Below are positions 35,367 to 43,411 of a DNA stretch of 64,000 bases, one piece after another; position 1 is the stretch's first letter, and every line of letters starts with the position of its first letter. The DNA comes from an uncultured Bacilli bacterium. Its GTDB lineage: Bacteria > Bacillota_I > Bacilli_A > RF39 > UBA660. The notes below the pieces were generated by a model. That model saw only the letters and a program-made list of their open reading frames with translations. It searched no databases and was not told where the DNA came from. The stretch spans positions 31,398 through 95,397 of the forward strand of contig CAKONK010000003.1 of assembly GCA_934097085.1 (NCBI GenBank), in the 5' to 3' direction. A program made the translations under genes and the position numbers.

Positions 35367-35481
35367 ATTTTTTTCACCTCTTATACTTAATACCATCTTT
35401 TTCAAAACTTTACTAGACTTGAAAAAATCACTATTTTATGGTAATATAAGTATAGAAATTGAGATAAACTTTTGATATTTT

Positions 35482-35939
35482 TTATAATTTTATTAACTCT
35501 TCATATTTTTTATAATAGTATGGAAAATCACTTTTTGAGTATTTTAATGCTCTTTGCGTTCTAATAAATAAAACTATAATCATCATTGCTTTTACTTTTT
35601 CATAATCCTCATTTAATAAATCAAATATTTTTATCTTTTAAAACTTTTTTAGTTGATAATCATTTTTATAATTTGAAATAACTTTTTCATAGCCATAAAT
35701 AATTTTTCATCGCCAAATATAATTTTAAAGTAAATCTCGGCAAATGACAACGATTTACCGAGATTTACTAAAATGAATATTTTCATCCACAATAAAGAAG
35801 TAATCTTTAAACTTAACAAAATATTTACCATTTACTGAATATATTCGATTATTAATTCACCACTTAACTTTTTTATTCTTTCTAAATTTTCATTTTTACT
35901 TGTTAAAAATTTATTTATTATTTCCGTATCATTATTCAT
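35482..35939 (-). pseudogene. decayed small gene with multiple frame breaks
   Basis: The coding-like signal hops frames: MNNDTEIINKFLTSKNENLERIKKLSGELIIEYIQ*, then NGKYFVKFKDYFFIVDENIHFSKSR*, then YGYEKVISNYKNDYQLKKF*, then KDKNIFDLLNEDYEKVKAMMIIVLFIRTQRALKYSKSDFPYYYKKYEELIKL*. Confidence 0.3.
35722..35774. repeat. long imperfect inverted repeat inside the decayed gene
   Basis: attttaaagTAAATCTCGG - 17 nt - CCGAGATTTActaaaat. Confidence 0.7.
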
Positions 35940-35984
35940 ATTTACCTTGTTTATATACGAATTTTAAATTTTGCTACATAAATT

Positions 35985-37265
35985 TTATTCATCCAAACTA
36001 TCTTTATTTAACAAGAAGTGATATAATCCCATAGTTATAATGCCATCATTATCAATTCTTGTTTTAATATTATCTTTCACTATTATTATTTTTTTAAATG
36101 AATCGCCTATATGTGTTAATGATTGCTTTTCTTGATTAGTTTTATTGTCATCAGTTAATCTATATGCAGATTGAATATAGTATTTTTTCGCGCCTTTATT
36201 AACTATAAAATCTACTTCGTAATTTGTTCTTATAGTTTTTTCTTCATCACCTTTGTCAAAACTTTCAACAATTCCAACATCAACATTATATCTTCTTGCC
36301 AACAACTCATTATATATTATATTTTCCATAATATGTCCATCATCAATTTGTCTAAAGTTTAGTCTAGCATTTCTAAGTCCAATATCTTCATAGTAGTATT
36401 TATATGGAGAATTTATATAGTGATTTCCTTTGATATCATATCTTTGTGCTTTGTTTATTAAAAAGGCGTTCTCAATACATTCAATATAACTATCAATAGT
36501 ATTTTTGTTAACTAAATCTTCACTTTTATTTTTTGTTTCATTTTGATATTTATTATTTATTATATTTGTTAATCTAGTAGGATTTGTTAAAGAACCAATT
36601 TGTGAAGACAATACATCTAATATGTCATTAAGTAATTGTTCATTTTTAATATTTTTTCTTTCTTTTATATCTGCTAAATAAGTTTCTTTATAAAGATTTT
36701 TTAAATATTCAGCTTTATCTTCCTCAGTCTTACAAAATAATGTATAAGGTAATCCTCCATATAATACATAATCATTCCAAGCATCGTCTTTATCCCCATC
36801 ATATGCCTCAAAATACTCTTTAAAAGTTAAGGGATACAAATGAATTACATCTCCTCTTCCTCTAAATTCTGTAATTATATCACTTGATAGCATTTTAGAA
36901 TTACTACCAGTAACATATACATCTACATTTTCCTTATACAAAAAACCATTTAATACAGGAACAAAATCATCAACTTTTTGTATTTCATCCAAAAGAATAT
37001 AATATTTTTCACTATCACTTTCTATCCTGTCCAGTAGGTATTCATTAAGTTGAGATGAATCCCAATATTTTTTATTTTCTTCTGCATCTAAAGCAAGATA
37101 TATAATGTGTTTATCATCAGTTACATTTTCCAATAAATATTTTCTAAAAAGATTATATAACAAATAAGATTTTCCTGATCTTCTTAAACCAGTTATTACT
37201 TTAATCATTTTATTATCTTGTTTATCAATCAATCTTTTAAGATAATCTGCTCTTTTTATTTCCAT
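35985..37265 (-). CDS. AAA_14 ATPase with DUF4143 C-terminal domain
   Basis: Walker A GLRRSGKS. Walker B ILLDEIQ. C-terminal ENIIYNEL...YEVDFIV...YYIQSAY, typical of this family. Confidence 0.85.
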   Translation of the reverse strand: MEIKRADYLKRLIDKQDNKMIKVITGLRRSGKSYLLYNLFRKYLLENVTDDKHIIYLALDAEENKKYWDSSQLNEYLLDRIESDSEKYYILLDEIQKVDDFVPVLNGFLYKENVDVYVTGSNSKMLSSDIITEFRGRGDVIHLYPLTFKEYFEAYDGDKDDAWNDYVLYGGLPYTLFCKTEEDKAEYLKNLYKETYLADIKERKNIKNEQLLNDILDVLSSQIGSLTNPTRLTNIINNKYQNETKNKSEDLVNKNTIDSYIECIENAFLINKAQRYDIKGNHYINSPYKYYYEDIGLRNARLNFRQIDDGHIMENIIYNELLARRYNVDVGIVESFDKGDEEKTIRTNYEVDFIVNKGAKKYYIQSAYRLTDDNKTNQEKQSLTHIGDSFKKIIIVKDNIKTRIDNDGIITMGLYHFLLNKDSLDE

Positions 37266-37285
37266 AAATGTTCTCCTCTAATAAT

Positions 37286-37314
37286 ATTATATACCTTTAC
37301 AATTAATATATCAA
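37286..37314 (-). promoter_or_regulatory. promoter of the ATPase gene
   Basis: - strand TTGATA, 17 nt, TATAAT. GAGGAG RBS downstream. Confidence 0.55.
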
Positions 37315-37320
37315 TGTTTC

Positions 37321-37358
37321 GTTTACTTTTTTTGTGTATTTACACACTTTTGGTAAAC
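37321..37358. promoter_or_regulatory. 38-bp palindromic element, copy A, 7 nt upstream of the ATPase -35
   Basis: GTTTACtttttttGTGTAtttACACacttttgGTAAAC. Confidence 0.5.
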
Positions 37359-37562
37359 AAATGTAACTAATCTAATATCAAGTTATTTAATATTTTCTTG
37401 TTGAAACATCACAAATTTTTAAGTTTATACTTCCATATTTTTCTGAATTAAGCTTATTTTTGAATTAAGATCTATTTATTTTTTGGATTATATTAATTTA
37501 ATTGTTTGCTATGTGCATTAATATCATTGTTAATAATTATATAAATTAATCATTATGTTCCT

Positions 37563-37600
37563 GTTTACTATTTTTGTGTATTTACACAATTTTGGTAAAT
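37563..37600. promoter_or_regulatory. 38-bp palindromic element, copy B
   Basis: GTTTACtatttttGTGTAtttACACaattttgGTAAAt. Same orientation as copy A, 242 bp away. Confidence 0.5.
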
Positions 37601-37629
37601 GGGTATTCATAATAATTTTATTTTAATAT

Positions 37630-37739
37630 AAAAAAACGCGGCCTGTAAAAAGGCCGCTCAGGGGGTTTTGGTTTGACTATTCCTCACATTATAATTCGTA
37701 AGGTTTTAGTCAGGCATAGGTTTTTATTTGTCCTATGCT
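37630..37739 (-). ncRNA. candidate C-rich small RNA 1
   Basis: - strand TTGACT (37769-37774), 17 nt, TATCAT (37746-37751). Transcript begins TTAATTA, then hairpin GCATAGG..CCTATGC, then ..TAGTCAAACCAAAACCCCC... Terminator is GCGGCC-loop-GGCCGC followed by GTTTTTTT. Confidence 0.45.
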
Positions 37740-37810
37740 AATTAAATGATAATATGAATTTTTAAAAAAGTCAATTATTTTTTTTACACTTTACTAATGC
37801 TTTACACTTT

Positions 37811-39784
37811 TTAATCCGTGATGTTTAAATTTTGAGCTAAGTCTTTATAATATTCATTATTTAAATATTCTTTGCTATCAATAAATTGTTTTGCATCTTC
37901 ATTAGCAAATAGTAAAATATTATAATCATTTTTTAAATTAGCAAGTTTAAATGACATATCTCCATGTTGTTTAACACCAAATAAATCTCCATGGCCACGC
38001 ATTTCAAAGTCTTTTTGAGATATATAGAAACCATCATTACTTTCCTCCATTACTTTAAGACGTTCATTATCACTATCACTAATTAAATAGCAATAACTTT
38101 GTAAATCACTTCTTCCAACTCTTCCTCTTAACTGATGAAGTGTTGCTAGTCCAAATCTTTCTACATTAAATATTACCATCATCGTAGCATTAGAAACATC
38201 TATGCCGACTTCAATAACGGTGGTTGCTATTAATATTTTAATTTGATTATTTTTAAAATCATTCATGATACTTTCTTTTTCACTAGTTTTCATTTTACCA
38301 TGAATTATTTCAATTCTAAATAAATTTTTAAATGCAAGTGATAGTTTTTCCTTTAACAAATTTATACTTGTTAAATTTAATGATTCATCCTCTTCGACTA
38401 AAGGTGAAACTACATATATTTGATGGCCTAATTTTATTTGTTCAAGCATAAGTCCAAGTACTTCTTTAATATCACTATTTTTCTTAACCTTTGTAATAAT
38501 ATCTTTTCTACCAGTTGGTTTAGTTTTAATATATGAAATATCTAAATCACCATAAATAGTCATTGCATAAGTTCTAGGAATAGGTGTTGCTGATAAATAT
38601 AAAATATCAGGGCATTTTGATTTATCTTCCAAAGTAAATCTTTGATGTACTCCAAAACGGTGTTGTTCATCTGTTATAACAAGTCCCAAGTTATTAAATA
38701 TAATATTTTCATTTAATAATGAATGTGTTCCAATTAATAAATCTATTTCTTTATTTTGTACTCTTTTATAAATTGCTTCTTTTTCTTTTTTAGACATTGA
38801 ACCAGTTATTAACTCAACAGCTACATTATATTTATCAAGTATTTTTTTAATACTAAAATAGTGTTGAGTAGCAAGTACCTCAGTTGGTGCCATTAAAGTA
38901 GATTCAAATCCAGCAATAAAATTAGCATAGATTGCTCCCACAGCTACAACAGTTTTACCACTTCCAACATCTCCTAAAAGGAGTCTATTCATTTTCTTAT
39001 TTGAACTCATATCTTGAACAATATCTTTATAAGCATTATCTTGATCAGTAGTTAAAGAAAATGGTAATAATTTTTTAAATTCATTTATTTTGTTTATATC
39101 AATATTTTTAGGTACTTTATCTTTTCTAATATTTTGATTTTTAAAATAATTCATTTTAAATGAAAAATCAAATAATTCTTCATAAATTAATCTATTTTTA
39201 GCATAATGAACCATTTTTAAATCATTTGCAAAATGAATATTATATAATGCATCTTTTTTAGATAATAAATTATATTTTGAAACAAGATTACTTGGTAAAG
39301 AATCTTTAATATATATATTATTAAAATTATCCTTTATTATTTTAGAAACTGTATTATTAGTTATTCCTTTTGTTAAATGATAAACAGGTTCTATTTGTCC
39401 ATTTATTACATTAAACTTTATATCTGAGGCAGTAAATATATTTTTCTTAAAATCATATTTACCAATAATAGTTATATTTTTCCCAACAGTTAAATTTGTT
39501 TTTAAATAAGCTCTATTAAATATTACTACATTAAAAATTCTTTCATTGTATCTTGCTCTAAATGATAATCTATTAAAATTTTTTTTAATATATGAAACAA
39601 TTGGATTAGATTCAATTATTACATTTATTATTAATGTAGAATTATCTATTAATTCATTTGAAAAATTATAAACATTATATCTATATGGATAATAATTTAT
39701 TAAATCATCATCTGTAAATATTCCTAGTTTATTTAATATTTTTGAAGTTTTTTCACCCACCTGGTGTAAGTTTTTTATGTCCAT
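37811..39784 (-). CDS. recG: ATP-dependent DNA helicase RecG
   Basis: GDVGSGKT, DEQHRFG and TPIPRT motifs. N-terminal wedge/OB region. Confidence 0.9.
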   Translation of the reverse strand: MDIKNLHQVGEKTSKILNKLGIFTDDDLINYYPYRYNVYNFSNELIDNSTLIINVIIESNPIVSYIKKNFNRLSFRARYNERIFNVVIFNRAYLKTNLTVGKNITIIGKYDFKKNIFTASDIKFNVINGQIEPVYHLTKGITNNTVSKIIKDNFNNIYIKDSLPSNLVSKYNLLSKKDALYNIHFANDLKMVHYAKNRLIYEELFDFSFKMNYFKNQNIRKDKVPKNIDINKINEFKKLLPFSLTTDQDNAYKDIVQDMSSNKKMNRLLLGDVGSGKTVVAVGAIYANFIAGFESTLMAPTEVLATQHYFSIKKILDKYNVAVELITGSMSKKEKEAIYKRVQNKEIDLLIGTHSLLNENIIFNNLGLVITDEQHRFGVHQRFTLEDKSKCPDILYLSATPIPRTYAMTIYGDLDISYIKTKPTGRKDIITKVKKNSDIKEVLGLMLEQIKLGHQIYVVSPLVEEDESLNLTSINLLKEKLSLAFKNLFRIEIIHGKMKTSEKESIMNDFKNNQIKILIATTVIEVGIDVSNATMMVIFNVERFGLATLHQLRGRVGRSDLQSYCYLISDSDNERLKVMEESNDGFYISQKDFEMRGHGDLFGVKQHGDMSFKLANLKNDYNILLFANEDAKQFIDSKEYLNNEYYKDLAQNLNITD

Positions 39785-39907
39785 TTTACCTCCAACCTAA
39801 TTGTATCAAACTTTATAAAAAAAGCAAATATAAATTTTTTAAAAAAAATATGTAAAATGAGTGTAAAGTTAATTGACTTTTTATCATATATGCTTTAGTA
39901 TATTAAT

Positions 39908-39998
39908 TACCAAATCACTTAAGAAGGCGATTTGGTGCTAGTATCACACTAGTCAACCCCTTTTTATTCTTTGAGGCCCTAAAGGCCTCGTTTTTTTT
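39908..39998 (+). ncRNA. candidate C-rich small RNA 2, paralog of RNA 1
   Basis: TTGACT (39873-39878), 17 nt, TAGTAT (39896-39901). Transcript begins ATTAATTA, then hairpin CCAAATC..GATTTGG, then ..CTAGTCAACCCCTTTTT... Terminator is GAGGCC-ctaaa-GGCCTC followed by G and T8. There is no + strand gene downstream. Confidence 0.45.
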
Positions 39999-40013
39999 AT
40001 GAAAAAAAGAATA

Positions 40014-43000
40014 CTAATCAGTACTCTTAATTTTATTATAATAATTATATCTTTCTTTAGCATTATTAATTTGTATATTAAGAAGTTTATTTGCTAAAGA
40101 ATTATCTTTTATTTTTAAAGCATTATATCTTACTTCATTATTTAAAAATTCTTCATACTTATCAAAATTAGGTTCTTTTGAATCCAGATATAGTTTATTA
40201 TCTTTATATCTCATTAAAAGTGTATAACCACACTCTACTGCAAGTTTTTCTTCGTTAATAGAGTTACACATTCCACCCTTGATACCATGTTCTATACAAG
40301 GACAATAACATATTACAATTGAGGGGCCATTATGATTTTCTGCTTCAGTTAATGTTTTAATTGCTTGAACATTATTTGCTCCCAAACAAATTGATCCAAC
40401 ATATACATTAGGGGCGCACATAGCAATTTTGAATAAATCTTTTTTACTAGTTTTCTTACCAAAATCTGCAAATTCAGCAACAGCACCAACTTTAGTTGAT
40501 TTACTTGCTTGTCCTCCGGTATTTGAATAAACCTCTGTATCAAGAACTAAAATATTAATATTTTCATTTGAATGAAGAATATGATCTATTCCATTATATC
40601 CTATATCATAAGCCCAACCATCGCCACCAATAGCCCATACACTTTTTTTAGGTATATATTCTTTTAAATCATATAATTCTTTTGGTAAAGTTAAATCATC
40701 CATATTTTTTACAAAATTATTTGTAATTTCATAATTATCAAAATTTAAAAGTAGATTTAAACAAGCATCTTTTTCTTTTTCAGAATAAGAATTAATAGAG
40801 TTAGAAATTATATTTTTTATTCTATTTCTTTTTTGTTTATATGATGTATAAATACCATAAGCAAATTCTGCATTATCTTCGAAAAGTGAATTAGCCCAAG
40901 GAACTAAATATGGTGTTGATGGAAAACTACCTCCGTAAATACTTGAACATCCTGTAGCATTAGCAATAACTAATTTTTCTCCAACAATTTGAGTTAATAA
41001 TTTAATATATGGAGTTTCACCACAACCAGCACAAGCACCAGAAAATTCAAATAAAGGTTTTGTTAAAGATACTCCTTTTATAGTGTTTTTTGGATATAAT
41101 GATGGTTTTTCATATGTATTAAATAATTCATCAGTTGGAATAACATTTGTTTCTAAAGTAAGAGCTTTAGTAGGACAAACTCCTACACATAAACCACATC
41201 CAGTACAATCTTTATTACTAATACCTACAAAATAATTATATTCATCATTTCCTAAAAGAGGTTTACCAAGTGATTTATCTTTAGTAATAAATGGTCTTAT
41301 TACACTATGAGGACAAACTATATTACATGCTCCACATTCAATACATTTTTCTATATTCCACTTTGGAGTAAGCATAGAAACATCTCTTTTTTCATATTTA
41401 GATAGTCCACATTTAATTCCACCATTACTAAACATTTTAACTTCACTTGTAGAAAGGTTTTCTCCTTTTCTATTATTTATTAAAGTATAAATATCTTTTT
41501 CTTCATTTTCCTCTTTAGCAAAACTATCTATTATTTTTACATCTTTTATTTCATTTAATGATGCATTTATAGCATTAATATTATTATTAACAACATCCTC
41601 ACCTTTAGTCATAAAGGCTTTTTTAACGGAATTAACAACCATTTCTTTAGCATTTGGTACATTTAATAGATTAAGTATATTTACTTCCATAATCTTGCTT
41701 ATTTTGCCATTTAAATGATTTTCATAAGCAATCCTTTGTGCATTAATTATTTTTACATTTATATTTTTAGATATAATTTCTTTTTTTATAGAACTACTTA
41801 AATAATCATTTAATTCTTTTTCATTTTTAATAGTATTTATTAAAAGGATTCCATTATCTTTTATACCAGAAAGCATATCATATCTTTCAAAATAAACATC
41901 CTTTGTTACGACTACTAAAGTAGGACTAGTTACATAAAATGGTGCATTAATACTATTATCTCCCATTCTTAAATGAGATATAGTTACTCCACCACTTTTT
42001 TTAGAATCATATTCAAAATAACCTTCGACATATTTTCCTAAACTTTCATGTAATAATGTAAGCATATTTTTTGAGGCACTTACCATTCCATCTGAACCAA
42101 AACCATATATTTTAAATTCTTCATAATTATTAGATAATTTATAATCAGTTTTTGGTAAACTTAAATGAGTTAAATCATCATTTATACCAATTGTAAAACT
42201 ATTTTGAGGTTTACTTTCTAAACTATCATAAACACTTTTAATATCGCTAGGACTAGTATTTTTACTAGATAGTCCATATCTTCCCCCGACAATCTCAATA
42301 TTTTTATCTTTTAACGAAGATAATACATCTAAATAAAGTGGTTCACCAATACTTCCAGCTTCTTTTGTCCTATCCAATACAGCAATTTTTTGAACGCTTT
42401 TAGGAAGTACTTGCTCTAAATATTTTTTACTAAATGGTCTATATAAATGAACCTCAATTAAGCCATAATCATTATTACCATTTTTTATTTCATTATCAAT
42501 TACAAGTTTAATAGTATCATTTACACTACCCATTGCAATAATTATATATTTAGCATTTTCACTTCCATAGTAATTAAATGGTTTATAACTTGTTCCCATT
42601 ATTTCATTAATTTTAGTCATATATTCATTAACAATATCTGGCATTTTATCATATAATTCATTTCTGCTTTCAGTAATTTGAAAATATACATCCTCAGTTT
42701 GACTTGTTCCATAATTTAAATCTGAAAGTAATGCCCTTTTCTTAAAACTTTCTAAAGCATTTTTATCTACCAAAGGAAGTAATTTTTCTTCGGGTAATTC
42801 TTTTATTGTATTAAGTTCATGACTTGTTCTAAAACCATCAAAAAAGTGTATAAAAGGAAGACTTCCCTTTATCGCAGATAAATGTGCTACAGCCGCAAGG
42901 TTTTGAGCATCATAAACATTACTACTTGCAAGCATGCAGCATCCTGTCATTCTTGCAGAATATATATCACTATGATCACCAAATATTGAAAGAGCATGTG

Positions 43001-43340
43001 TTGCAATACTTCTTGCTGCAACATGAATTACTCCAGGAAGACATTCTCCCGCTATTTTATATAGATTTGGAATCATTAATAGTAATCCTTGACTTGCTGT
43101 ATAAGTAGATGCTAAACTTCCAGATAATAATGCTCCATGAAGTGCACCAGCCGCTCCAAGTTCTGATTCCATTTCTACCACAGTAGGTTTATCATTAAAT
43201 ATATTTTTTTTATCAGTATGCGTTAAGTAATCAATATTTTCAGCCATCGGTGAGGATGGTGTAATTGGATATATTGAACATATCTCACTAAACAAATATG
43301 CTACACTACTACATGCTTTATTTCCATCAACTATTTTCAT
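40014..43340 (-). CDS. nifJ: pyruvate:ferredoxin (flavodoxin) oxidoreductase
   Basis: 1108 aa. Two 4Fe-4S motifs (CIECGACNIVCP, CTGCGLCVGVCP). TPP motif GGDGWAYDIG. Confidence 0.9.
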   Translation of the reverse strand: MKIVDGNKACSSVAYLFSEICSIYPITPSSPMAENIDYLTHTDKKNIFNDKPTVVEMESELGAAGALHGALLSGSLASTYTASQGLLLMIPNLYKIAGECLPGVIHVAARSIATHALSIFGDHSDIYSARMTGCCMLASSNVYDAQNLAAVAHLSAIKGSLPFIHFFDGFRTSHELNTIKELPEEKLLPLVDKNALESFKKRALLSDLNYGTSQTEDVYFQITESRNELYDKMPDIVNEYMTKINEIMGTSYKPFNYYGSENAKYIIIAMGSVNDTIKLVIDNEIKNGNNDYGLIEVHLYRPFSKKYLEQVLPKSVQKIAVLDRTKEAGSIGEPLYLDVLSSLKDKNIEIVGGRYGLSSKNTSPSDIKSVYDSLESKPQNSFTIGINDDLTHLSLPKTDYKLSNNYEEFKIYGFGSDGMVSASKNMLTLLHESLGKYVEGYFEYDSKKSGGVTISHLRMGDNSINAPFYVTSPTLVVVTKDVYFERYDMLSGIKDNGILLINTIKNEKELNDYLSSSIKKEIISKNINVKIINAQRIAYENHLNGKISKIMEVNILNLLNVPNAKEMVVNSVKKAFMTKGEDVVNNNINAINASLNEIKDVKIIDSFAKEENEEKDIYTLINNRKGENLSTSEVKMFSNGGIKCGLSKYEKRDVSMLTPKWNIEKCIECGACNIVCPHSVIRPFITKDKSLGKPLLGNDEYNYFVGISNKDCTGCGLCVGVCPTKALTLETNVIPTDELFNTYEKPSLYPKNTIKGVSLTKPLFEFSGACAGCGETPYIKLLTQIVGEKLVIANATGCSSIYGGSFPSTPYLVPWANSLFEDNAEFAYGIYTSYKQKRNRIKNIISNSINSYSEKEKDACLNLLLNFDNYEITNNFVKNMDDLTLPKELYDLKEYIPKKSVWAIGGDGWAYDIGYNGIDHILHSNENINILVLDTEVYSNTGGQASKSTKVGAVAEFADFGKKTSKKDLFKIAMCAPNVYVGSICLGANNVQAIKTLTEAENHNGPSIVICYCPCIEHGIKGGMCNSINEEKLAVECGYTLLMRYKDNKLYLDSKEPNFDKYEEFLNNEVRYNALKIKDNSLANKLLNIQINNAKERYNYYNKIKSTD

Positions 43341-43365
43341 TTTTCTATCACCACTTTAATTATAT

Positions 43366-43396
43366 AAAAAAAACTAGCATTTTACTAGTTTAATTT
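43366..43396 (-). terminator. terminator R1, a duplicated copy of the eno terminator
   Basis: - strand AAATTAAACTAG-TAAAATG-CTAGTTTTTTTT. 30/31 match to 45136-45165. Confidence 0.7.
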
Positions 43397-43411
43397 TTCT
43401 AACTTCGTCAA

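Noticed and set aside
35649-35831. 60-aa - strand ORF
   Set aside because: It is one frame fragment of the decayed gene at 35482-35939, so it is not an independent gene.
37321-37600. The 38-bp palindromes as Rex or CRP/FNR boxes
   Set aside because: The core GTGTA-TTT-ACAC differs in half-site sequence and spacing from the TTGTGAA-N6-TTCACAA (Rex) and TGTGA-N6-TCACA (CRP) consensus sequences. It is left as an unassigned operator-like element.
40349-40543. 64-aa ORF nested in PFOR on the same strand
   Set aside because: It is an alternative frame inside a 1108-aa conserved gene. There is no support for it.
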